The notes beneath the pieces are model-generated. The model did no database searches. It worked only from the letters and a program-made list of their open reading frames with translations, and had not been told where the DNA came from. A stretch of DNA of 64,000 bases from Myxococcota bacterium (GTDB taxonomy: Bacteria > Myxococcota_A > UBA9160 > UBA4427). The stretch spans positions 13,237 to 77,236 of the forward strand of contig JAYGCV010000057.1 in NCBI GenBank assembly GCA_046583195.1, read 5' to 3'. Made by a program: the position numbers and the translations under genes. Shown here in pieces: positions 8,881-17,061 of the stretch. How positions within the stretch are numbered: the first letter of the stretch is position 1; each line of letters begins with the position of its first letter.

Positions 8881-8918
8881 GAACGTATGTTCCGAACAGC
8901 TGTTCCGAACAGTCGTTC
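8881..8918. promoter_or_regulatory. Three tandem GAAC-N4-GTTC palindromes at 13-bp spacing; candidate TetR operator array
   Basis: The sequence is GAACGTATGTTC c GAACAGCTGTTC c GAACAGTCGTTC (8881-8892, 8894-8905, 8907-8918). The middle unit is a perfect 12-bp palindrome. The array also reads as the direct repeat TGTTCCGAACAG twice (8888-8899, 8901-8912). It lies 65-100 nt upstream of the tetR start. Confidence 0.45.
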
Positions 8919-8982
8919 ATGTCCCGATCCTAGCCGCGAAGCGAGCCCGACCCGTGAGGGTCCGGCTCCCCTTGGAGCCCGC

Positions 8983-9675
8983 ATGACTGATTCAGCCGAT
9001 GCCCCCGCCAGTGCAGGGCCCGGGGAGCATACCGACACCAAGGAGCGGCTCCTCGAAGCCACCCTGCGCCTGTTTGCGGAGGGCGGCCTCCAGGGCACCT
9101 CGATGCGGGCGGTCACCCAGGCTGCCGGCACCAGCGTGTCTGCGGCGAACTACCACTTCGGTTCGAAGGAGGCGATGTTGCGCGCGGCCCTGCGCTTGCG
9201 CGCCGAACCCCTGAACCAGTTGCGGATCGATGCGCTCGAGGAGGTTGTCGCGGGCGCACCGCGGCCCAGCGTCGAGGCGGTGGTGGGTGCCTTCTTGCGG
9301 CCGGTCTTCGAGGTCCGCGCCGCCAGTGCCGGACAGGGAGAGCTGGGACGGAACTTCGCCGCCCGGCTCTACATGGAGCCCGAGGCTTCGGTTTCCCAGA
9401 TTCGGCACGAGGTCTTCGAGCGGGTGAACGAATGCTTTCGCGCGGCCCTCGCGCGCGCGCTGCCCGGTGTGGGTTCCGACACGGTGGCGCTCGGCCAGCG
9501 ACTCAGCGTGGCGGTCCTGGTCCATGTCGTGAGCAACACATCGGCCTCGGGTGGCGACGATCTCCCGCAGCCGCCCGTGGATGCCTTCATCGCCTTTGTG
9601 GCGGCGGGGATCCGCGCGCTCGCCGAAGACCCCGACGCGACCGAAAGTGCGCCGGCAGCGGGGGACGCATCGTGA
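8983..9675 (+). CDS. TetR/AcrR family transcriptional regulator
   Basis: N-terminal HTH region KERLLEATLRLFAEGGLQGTSMRAVTQAAGTSVSAANYHFGSKEAML. ATG 8983 has GGAG 7 nt upstream. Confidence 0.9.
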   Translation: MTDSADAPASAGPGEHTDTKERLLEATLRLFAEGGLQGTSMRAVTQAAGTSVSAANYHFGSKEAMLRAALRLRAEPLNQLRIDALEEVVAGAPRPSVEAVVGAFLRPVFEVRAASAGQGELGRNFAARLYMEPEASVSQIRHEVFERVNECFRAALARALPGVGSDTVALGQRLSVAVLVHVVSNTSASGGDDLPQPPVDAFIAFVAAGIRALAEDPDATESAPAAGDAS

Positions 9676-10901
9676 AACGCGTTCTGTGGATTCCGCTCTC
9701 GGTGCTCGGCGGAGCCGCCGTGGTGGTGGCCCTGCTCATGCTCACTCGTCCCGAGGCCACGCCGATCGCTCCCGAGCCGCGCATTCCCGTGGTGCAGGTT
9801 CTGCGCGTTGAACCGGGTCCCCTTGACCTGGTCGTGCGGGCCCAGGGGACTGTGACACCGCGCACCGAAAGCGAGATCCGTTCGCAGCTCGCGGGCGAGA
9901 TTGAATGGGTTTCTCCAGCCCTCGTTTCGGGGGGATTCTTCGCAGCCGGGGATCCCCTGCTTCGCATCGACCCCGCGGACACCCGGGCAAAGCTCGAGAC
10001 CGCGCGGGCAGTGCTCGCCCGGGCCGAGAGCGAACTGGAACGCGCGGTCCGGGACCGGGCCCGGCAGCGTCGGCTCGCGGAGCGCTCGGTCGCCAGCCCG
10101 GCCCGACTCGACGAAGTGGAAAATGTGGCGCGGGGGGCGAAGGCTTCGGTCCGCGAGGCCACCGCGCGGCTCGAAATCGCCGAGCGCGACCTCGATCGGA
10201 CCACCGTGCGCGCGCCCTACGCCGGACGTGTGCGCAGCGAACGGGTCGACCGTGGGCAGTTCGTAGTCCGCGGCGAGGAACTGGCGCGGGTCTATGCGGT
10301 GGACTACGCGGAGGTCCGATTGCCGATTCCCGACCGCGAGCTGCGCTACCTCGACCTGCCGCTGGGCTACCGCGAGCCGCGGCGGAGCGAGGCGATCGAT
10401 GGACTCGCACCGTCGGAGGGGGGGGCGGCGGCCGCCCCGGCGCCGGCCCCGCGCGTCGATTTCGAGGCGAATTTTGCGGGCGCCGTGCATCACTGGCAGG
10501 GAAGCGTGGTGCGGACGGAAGGTGAACTCGATCCGAAGAGTCGGATGGTCACCGTCGTGGCGCGCGTCGAAGACCCCTATGGCCGCCATTCCGGCGAAGC
10601 GGATCGTCCGCCGTTGGCGGTCGGTCTCTTCGTGAAAGCGAAGATTGCGGGCCGACATCTCGACGCCGCAGTCGTTCTTCCCCGGTCGGCGATTCAGCGC
10701 GAGGGGAAGGTTCTGGTGGTGGATGACGACGGTCGCGCCCACTTCCGCGAGGTCGAGGTGATTCGTCAAGAGCGCGAAAGCGTAATCATCGGCGCGGGTT
10801 TGCATGCGGGCGAACGGGTCTGCGTGTCACCGATGCCCGGGGCTGTCGATGGGATGCGTGTGCGCGTTCTTGGCAGCGACGCCGGGGCCGACGCGCCGTG
10901 A
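9672..10901 (+). CDS. RND efflux membrane fusion (periplasmic adaptor) protein
   Basis: GTG 9672 overlaps the tetR stop (GTGA). N-terminal TM anchor, a coiled-coil segment (AKLETARAVLARAESELERA...ARLEIAERDLDRTTVRAPYAGRV) and a beta-barrel C-terminus. Confidence 0.9.
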   Translation: MKRVLWIPLSVLGGAAVVVALLMLTRPEATPIAPEPRIPVVQVLRVEPGPLDLVVRAQGTVTPRTESEIRSQLAGEIEWVSPALVSGGFFAAGDPLLRIDPADTRAKLETARAVLARAESELERAVRDRARQRRLAERSVASPARLDEVENVARGAKASVREATARLEIAERDLDRTTVRAPYAGRVRSERVDRGQFVVRGEELARVYAVDYAEVRLPIPDRELRYLDLPLGYREPRRSEAIDGLAPSEGGAAAAPAPAPRVDFEANFAGAVHHWQGSVVRTEGELDPKSRMVTVVARVEDPYGRHSGEADRPPLAVGLFVKAKIAGRHLDAAVVLPRSAIQREGKVLVVDDDGRAHFREVEVIRQERESVIIGAGLHAGERVCVSPMPGAVDGMRVRVLGSDAGADAP

Positions 10902-13900
10902 AGTCGATGATCGCCTGGTTCGCCCAGAACCCGGTGGCGGCCAACCTGATGATGGTCCTGATCCTCGTCTGGGGATTGGTGTCGCTCTCGGAAATCCGCC
11001 AGAAGACCTTCCCGGACGTCGAGATCGACATCATCCAGGTGGCGGTGCCGTACCTCGGCGCGTCCCCCGAAGAGGTCGAGGGGGGCGTCTGCATCCGGAT
11101 CGAGGAAGAACTCCACGGACTCGCCGGCATCGAGAAGATCTGGTCCACGTCCGTGGAGGGGGCCTGCGGGATCAGCGTAGAACTGCTCTCGGATACGAAG
11201 GCCGATGGGGCGCTGTCGGAAGTGAAGAACGCGGTGGACGGGATCTCGACCTTCCCCGAGGAGACCGAGAGGCCCCGGATCAGTCATTACCAGGTCAAGC
11301 GCAACGCGCTGCAGATCGCGCTCTCCGGGTCGGCGGACGAGCGTGCGCTTCGCTACTGGGGCGAACGTCTACGCGATGGAATCGCGGCGCTTCCCGGTGT
11401 GACCCAGGTCGGGTTGGGAAGCGTTCGAGACTTCGAGGTGACGATCGAGGTGCCCGAGGAGTCGCTCCGACGCTACGGGATCACCTTCGATGACGTGGTT
11501 CGCGCGATCCGGAAGTCGTCGCTCGACCTGCCGGGCGGAGCCATCAAGGCCGCCGAGGGCGAGATCCTGCTGCGTGCGAAAGGTCAGCGCTACGAAGGGG
11601 CTGAGTTCGAGGACATCGTGGTGCAGACGCGCGCGGATGGGACGCGCCTGCGCCTGGCCGACGTGGCGACTGTCGTCGACGGCTTCGCAGATGCCGAGCG
11701 TTACGCGCTGTTCAACGGCCAGCCGGCAGTCCTGGTCCAGGTGTTCCGGGTGGGGGATCAAAAGGTTCTCGAACTGACGCAGACGGTGAAGGACTATCTC
11801 GAAATTGCAAGGGCCGAACTCCCGGACGGTCTCGAACTCACGGTGTGGCGGGACGATTCGACCTACTTGAAGGATCGCCTCCGGATCCTCTTGAACAACG
11901 CGGAGTGGGGCTTCGTCCTGGTCTTCGTGGTGCTCGCGCTGTTCCTGAAACTGCGGCTCGCGTTCTGGGTGGCGATCGGTGTGCCGATCGCCGTCCTCGG
12001 CGCACTCTCGCTCTTTCCGATGGTCGACTTCTCGATCGACGTGTTGACACTCTTTGCCTTCATCCTGGTGTTGGGATTGCTCGTCGACGACGCCATCGTT
12101 GTCGGTGAAAGCGTTCACAGGCACCAGGAACGGGCCGAGAACCCCCTGCGTGCTGCGATCCGCGGGACCCAGGAAGTCTCGATCCCCGTGATTTTCGGGG
12201 TACTCACGACGGTGGCTGCCTTCATGCCCATGGTGATTGCGCCCGGGCCGATGGGGGGGTTCTTCGGGACGATCGGCGTGGTGGTGATCTTCTGCCTGTT
12301 TTTCTCACTGGTTGAATCGCAGTGGATCCTGCCGGCCCATCTCGGGCATCACGCCCACGGACGCGAGACGCATCCGGCGGAAGGGTCCCTGCGCGATCGC
12401 TGGAAAAAGGTGCAGGCGACTCTCGCGGGGAGCCTCACGAACCTGGCGAACCACCAATACCGGTCGTTTCTCGAGCGTTCCCTCGAGTGGCGATACGTCA
12501 CGATCGCCACCGCCCTGGCGCTTCTGTTCGTGACCTTCGCCGCGGTGGGGACCGGCCGGGTGCGCTGGATCTTCTTTCCCTCGGTAGAGGGCGACTACGT
12601 GTCGGCGACGGTAACGATGCCCCCCGGAACGCCGATCGAGAGTACCGCCCGCGCCGTCGAGACCCTGTCCGCGTCGGCTCGAGCCGTCGCTGCGGCGGCG
12701 GATCTCGAGTTTGGCGGCTCCGGCACGGTGGTGAAGCACGCGATGGCCGTGGTGGGCGGACGGGTCGGGCTCGACCGCGGTGACCCCGCACGGCGTTCGG
12801 AGTCGGGTGCGTCGCACGAGGGCGAAGTGAGTCTCGAACTGGTCTCCGGGAACCAGCGTCGTCTCTCGCCTGGCGAACTGGTGGCGCGCTGGCGCGCGGC
12901 GACGCCACCGATTCTCGGGGCCGAGGACGTCGTCTTCGTTTCGGACTACTTCTCGTTCGGCGAGGCGATCCACGTGCAGCTTCGATCGGCGGATTCCGCG
13001 GCCCTCGAGGCGGCGGCGGAGCGCTTGAAGGAGCGCCTGGCGGACTACCCGGGTGTCTTTGACATCGCAGACACCTTCCGGGGAGGCAAGGCCGAGATCC
13101 GCCTCGACATCCTGCCCGCTGCGGAAGCCCTCGGGCTCAGCCTGGAAGACCTGGCGCGCCAGGTCCGGCAGGCTTTCTACGGGGAGGAGGTGCAGCGGGT
13201 GCAGCGAGGGCGTGACGATGTCCGCGTGATGGTCCGCTATCCCGAGTCCGGTCGACGTTCGATCCTCGACCTCGAGAACCTTCGGATTCGGACGCCTTCG
13301 GGTGGCGAGGTGCCCTTTTATACCGTTGCGAAAGCCGAAGCCGGGCGCGGCTATTCGACGATTCGAAGGGTCGACCGGCAGCGTGTCATCGGCGTGACGG
13401 CCGACGTCGACGCGACTCGCGGCAACGCGGCAGAAATCATCCGCAGCCTTCGTCAGGGCGTGTTGCCGGCTCTCGCGGCCGACTTCCCCGAGATCGCCTT
13501 CACCCTCGAGGGCGAATCGCGAGAGCAGGCGCGCATGTTCGAATCGCTGCGAGGCGACTACCTCTTCGCGATGGTCTTGATCTACGCACTCCTGGCGATC
13601 CCGCTGCGCAGCTACGGGCAACCCTTGATCATCATGGCCGTGATCCCCTTCGGGCTCGTCGGCGCGATCGGCGGACACCTGATCATGGGCATGGATTTCA
13701 GCATGATGTCGCTCTTTGGGGTGGTGGCGCTCTCGGGTGTCGTGGTGAACTCGAGCCTCGTCCTCGTCCACGCGATCAACCGACGGCGAGACGAGGGCAT
13801 CGTGCTGCGTCAGGCGATTCGCGAGGCGGGGGTGATGCGCTTTCGGCCGATCGTGCTGACCTCGCTCACGACCTTCGCCGGGCTCTCGCCCCTGCTGGCG

Positions 13901-14155
13901 GAAAAGAGCATGGGGGCGCAGTTCGTGATCCCGATGGCGGTCTCACTGGCCTTCGGCGTCCTCTTCGCGACAGCGATCTCATTGATCCTCGTCCCCTGCG
14001 CCTACCTCGTGCTCGACGACCTCGGCCGTCTCGGCCGCGGTGACAGTGCGCCTCCGGGTGGGGAACGCGGCGAGCGGCCTAGGCCGACGGTCGCTTCCCC
14101 GGCCCCCGAAGGCCTGGGGGCAGCGCCGCGCGGCGGATCGACCGCGCGCGCATAG
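10898..14155 (+). CDS. RND efflux transporter permease (AcrB/AcrD/AcrF family)
   Basis: 1085 aa. Begins MIAWFAQNPVAANLMMVLILVWG and shows the 12-TM two-loop architecture. GTG 10898 overlaps the MFP stop. Confidence 0.95.
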   Translation: MKSMIAWFAQNPVAANLMMVLILVWGLVSLSEIRQKTFPDVEIDIIQVAVPYLGASPEEVEGGVCIRIEEELHGLAGIEKIWSTSVEGACGISVELLSDTKADGALSEVKNAVDGISTFPEETERPRISHYQVKRNALQIALSGSADERALRYWGERLRDGIAALPGVTQVGLGSVRDFEVTIEVPEESLRRYGITFDDVVRAIRKSSLDLPGGAIKAAEGEILLRAKGQRYEGAEFEDIVVQTRADGTRLRLADVATVVDGFADAERYALFNGQPAVLVQVFRVGDQKVLELTQTVKDYLEIARAELPDGLELTVWRDDSTYLKDRLRILLNNAEWGFVLVFVVLALFLKLRLAFWVAIGVPIAVLGALSLFPMVDFSIDVLTLFAFILVLGLLVDDAIVVGESVHRHQERAENPLRAAIRGTQEVSIPVIFGVLTTVAAFMPMVIAPGPMGGFFGTIGVVVIFCLFFSLVESQWILPAHLGHHAHGRETHPAEGSLRDRWKKVQATLAGSLTNLANHQYRSFLERSLEWRYVTIATALALLFVTFAAVGTGRVRWIFFPSVEGDYVSATVTMPPGTPIESTARAVETLSASARAVAAAADLEFGGSGTVVKHAMAVVGGRVGLDRGDPARRSESGASHEGEVSLELVSGNQRRLSPGELVARWRAATPPILGAEDVVFVSDYFSFGEAIHVQLRSADSAALEAAAERLKERLADYPGVFDIADTFRGGKAEIRLDILPAAEALGLSLEDLARQVRQAFYGEEVQRVQRGRDDVRVMVRYPESGRRSILDLENLRIRTPSGGEVPFYTVAKAEAGRGYSTIRRVDRQRVIGVTADVDATRGNAAEIIRSLRQGVLPALAADFPEIAFTLEGESREQARMFESLRGDYLFAMVLIYALLAIPLRSYGQPLIIMAVIPFGLVGAIGGHLIMGMDFSMMSLFGVVALSGVVVNSSLVLVHAINRRRDEGIVLRQAIREAGVMRFRPIVLTSLTTFAGLSPLLAEKSMGAQFVIPMAVSLAFGVLFATAISLILVPCAYLVLDDLGRLGRGDSAPPGGERGERPRPTVASPAPEGLGAAPRGGSTARA

Positions 14156-14166
14156 GGTCTGGGGGG

Positions 14167-15846
14167 TCAGCCCCTGCGCGCGGCCAGGTCGTCGCGAATT
14201 TCGCGCTTCAGGATCTTCCCGGCGGGGTTTCGGGGCAGCGGCTCGGTGTGGATCTCGATGACGCTCGGGATCTTGAAGTTCGCGACGCGCTCCTGCATGT
14301 GGCGCCGAACGTCGGCGGCGTCGAGGGTCTTTCCAGGCTTCGGGTAAAGGGCGGCGGCCACCTCCTCGCCGAGCCGCTCGTGGGGGATGCCGAAGACAGC
14401 GGCTTCGTAGACACCCGGGTGTTCGTAGAGTGCCGCTTCGACTTCGGCGCAGTAGATGTTCTCGCCGGCGCGTAGCACCATGTCCTTCGCGCGGTCCTGG
14501 ACGTACACGAAACCGTCTTCGTCGACGTAGCCTAGGTCGCCGCTGCGCAGCCAGCCGTCGACGATGGTGAGGGCAGTCGCTTCGGGTTTGTTCCAGTACC
14601 CGCGGATCAGGTTCGGGCCGCGGAACCAGATCTCGCCGACTTCACCGACAGGCAGCGGGCGATCCTGGTCGCCGGTGACGCGGATCTCGGTGGGAGCCAC
14701 CGCGCGTCCGGTACTCAGCGGTCTGGCGATGTAGTCGTCGCCTCCGTTCTGCGGACCGTAGGCGTTGGTTTCGGTCATGCCGTAGCCGATCCCCGGGCGT
14801 GCGCGCCCGAAGGAGTTTTCGACCCGGGCCACCAGAGTGGGGGGAGCCGGGGCGCCGCCGCCGCCGACGCTGAGCAGGCTCGAGGTGTCGTGTTTGCCAA
14901 AGGCGGGCGACTCGAGCAGGTCAAAGGACATCGTGGGAACGCCGACGAAGTTCGTGATGCGCTCGCGCTCGATCAATTCGAGGGCGCGCTCGGGACTCCA
15001 CTTGTACATCATCACGATTTTTGCGCCGGATGCGAAGGAGGTGAGCATGACTGCCACGCAGCCGGTTACGTGAAAGAGCGGTACGCAGAGAATGAAGCAG
15101 GGATCAAAGGGGTGACCCTCGGTGTCTTTCGGGAAGAGGATCTTCGCCGCCGTCGCCCGGAGCCCAAAGCACGAGAGGGCAGAGAGCACGGCTCGATGGG
15201 TCGAGACCGCCCCCTTTGGGAAGCCGGTGGTTCCCGAGGTGTAGAGAATGGTGGCGTCGTCGTCGGGGTCGATCGCGACCTCCGGGAGCGTCGGCCCGGG
15301 CACCACGACCACCTCCCATCGGTCACTTTCGGCGACGGTGCCGGCTTCGGCGCGCACGGCGAGGCTGCGGACGCGAAGCCGCTCGAGGGCGGGGCCGGCG
15401 GTCTCGATGCGTTCGCGGTCCGCGATCAGCAGTTTGGCTCCGCTGTCCTCGAGCCCGTAGGCCATTTCGTCGGCCTTCCACCAGGCGTTCATCGACACCG
15501 CGATGCCGCCCACCGAAGTGATCGCGGCGAAGGCCACGATCCACTCGGGATAGTTGCGCATGGCGATGGCGACCCGGTCGCCGCGTTCGATTCCGTAGCG
15601 GTGGACCAGCGCTGCGCCCAGCGCATCGAGCTGCCCGATGACGTCTTCGAAGCTCCAGGTCTCGTCCTCGTAGACGAGAAAGGGTCGATCACCGCGGGTC
15701 CGGGACAGCGCGAAGAGGTCGCGGAGCGAGTTCGGCAGGTGCTTGAAGATGCGTGTGGTGACGCCTCGAATCTCGAGTTCGGCGAGTTCGAAGGGGGCGC
15801 CCGGGGCGGTCAGTTCGGCGACGACGTCGGCCTGTGTCCTTTGCAT
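14167..15846 (-). CDS. AMP-dependent acyl-CoA synthetase/ligase (fatty-acid-CoA ligase-like)
   Basis: LYTSGTTGFPKG, GYGMTE and GDLGYVDEDGFVYVQDRAKD motifs. ATG at 15846 (MQRTQADVVAELTAPGAPFE). Confidence 0.9.
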   Translation of the reverse strand: MQRTQADVVAELTAPGAPFELAELEIRGVTTRIFKHLPNSLRDLFALSRTRGDRPFLVYEDETWSFEDVIGQLDALGAALVHRYGIERGDRVAIAMRNYPEWIVAFAAITSVGGIAVSMNAWWKADEMAYGLEDSGAKLLIADRERIETAGPALERLRVRSLAVRAEAGTVAESDRWEVVVVPGPTLPEVAIDPDDDATILYTSGTTGFPKGAVSTHRAVLSALSCFGLRATAAKILFPKDTEGHPFDPCFILCVPLFHVTGCVAVMLTSFASGAKIVMMYKWSPERALELIERERITNFVGVPTMSFDLLESPAFGKHDTSSLLSVGGGGAPAPPTLVARVENSFGRARPGIGYGMTETNAYGPQNGGDDYIARPLSTGRAVAPTEIRVTGDQDRPLPVGEVGEIWFRGPNLIRGYWNKPEATALTIVDGWLRSGDLGYVDEDGFVYVQDRAKDMVLRAGENIYCAEVEAALYEHPGVYEAAVFGIPHERLGEEVAAALYPKPGKTLDAADVRRHMQERVANFKIPSVIEIHTEPLPRNPAGKILKREIRDDLAARRG

Positions 15847-15947
15847 GGTGGAGAGGCTAGAGCAGGCTGCCGCGCCTTCGAAAGGCCCTGCGACGATGAG
15901 TTTCGAGGGGGCGGTCGCGTCGCCGCGTACGTTGTAGCCTTCGCCGC

Positions 15948-16985
15948 ATGAAAATTGGACTCGTTGGATTTCCGGGTTGCGGCAAGAGCACGGTGTTCGG
16001 TGCACTCACCGGGCGCCGGGTCGAGACCGGGTATGCCTCGCGCTCGTCGAGCGCGCACCTTGCGGTGGTGAAGGTTCCAGATCCGCGCGTGGATGCGCTG
16101 GCAGAACTCTATTCGCCGAAGAAGATCACCTATGCGGAGATCGAATTTCGCGATCTCCCCGGCGGCCACGACGCCGAACTCGATCGCACATCGCTCAACG
16201 CGATGCGCGAGGTGGATGCGCTGTGCCAGGTGCTGCGCGGCTTCGAGTCGGAGGCCGGCGACGCCCCGGATGCGCTGCGTGAGATCATCGACCTCGAAGC
16301 GGAGACGCTGCTGGCGGACCTGCAGGTGGCCGAAGCGCGTGTCGAACGCCTGCGGAAGGATCGCTCCAACCCGCGGGAGTTGGCCCTGCTCGAGAGGATC
16401 CAGGAAGCCCTCGAGGCCGAGACGCCACTGCGTTCGATGGAACTCGGCGAGGAGGAGCAAAGGCTGGTCGCGGGGTACGCCTTTCTGACGCGCAAGCCGC
16501 TGCTCCTGGTGCTGAATGTGCCGGAGGACGACGCCGCCCTCGAAATCGCCGAACCGATCCGGGTCGCTGCCAAGGAGCGTGGGCTCGGGTTGGTGTCGCT
16601 GTCGGGGCCCGTCGAGATGGACATCGCAGAACTGCCCGTTGCGGAACAGCCCGAGTTTCTCGAGTCGCTGGGACTTAAGGAGCCGGCAAGCGGGCGCTTC
16701 GTGCGCGCCGCCTTTGCCCTGATCGACCTCATCTCGATGCTGACTGCCGGCCCGGACGAGTGCCGGGCGTGGCCGATCCGGCGCGGAACCTTTGCGCCGA
16801 AGGCGGCGGGCCGGATCCACTCGGATATCGAGCGCGGCTTCATTCGCGTCGAGGTCACCGCCTTCGAGGACCTGATCGAGCTCGGGAGCGAGGCGCGTTG
16901 TCGGGACGCGGGCAAGCTGCGGGTCGAGGGCAAGGAGTACGAGGTCTGCGACGGGGATGTGGTCCACTTTCGCTTCAACGTATGA
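15948..16985 (+). CDS. ychF: Ribosome-binding / redox-regulated ATPase YchF (Obg-like)
   Basis: P-loop [14 protein letters not shown], a central coiled-coil insert, and the C-terminal TGS-like [13 protein letters not shown]...[13 protein letters not shown]. Confidence 0.9.
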   Translation: MKIGLVGFPGCGKSTVFGALTGRRVETGYASRSSSAHLAVVKVPDPRVDALAELYSPKKITYAEIEFRDLPGGHDAELDRTSLNAMREVDALCQVLRGFESEAGDAPDALREIIDLEAETLLADLQVAEARVERLRKDRSNPRELALLERIQEALEAETPLRSMELGEEEQRLVAGYAFLTRKPLLLVLNVPEDDAALEIAEPIRVAAKERGLGLVSLSGPVEMDIAELPVAEQPEFLESLGLKEPASGRFVRAAFALIDLISMLTAGPDECRAWPIRRGTFAPKAAGRIHSDIERGFIRVEVTAFEDLIELGSEARCRDAGKLRVEGKEYEVCDGDVVHFRFNV

Positions 16986-17061
16986 CGCCCGCCGCGGGGT
17001 TCTGGGCTGCGCGCGGGGCCCGGGGGGAATTTTCCGGCCAGCTGGCTAGTCTCCCGCCCGC

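Noticed and set aside
8887-8982. Upstream ATG (8887) as the start of the tetR gene
   Set aside because: It would translate through the GAAC-N4-GTTC array and add 32 non-conserved residues. ATG 8983 has a GGAG at proper spacing and leaves a normal distance to the HTH.
9369-13771. Long minus-strand ORFs (9369..10805 at 478 aa; 12305..13771 at 488 aa) antisense to the MFP and RND genes
   Set aside because: They are antisense to strongly supported efflux genes, with Arg/His/Pro-rich translations typical of non-coding frames in GC-rich DNA.
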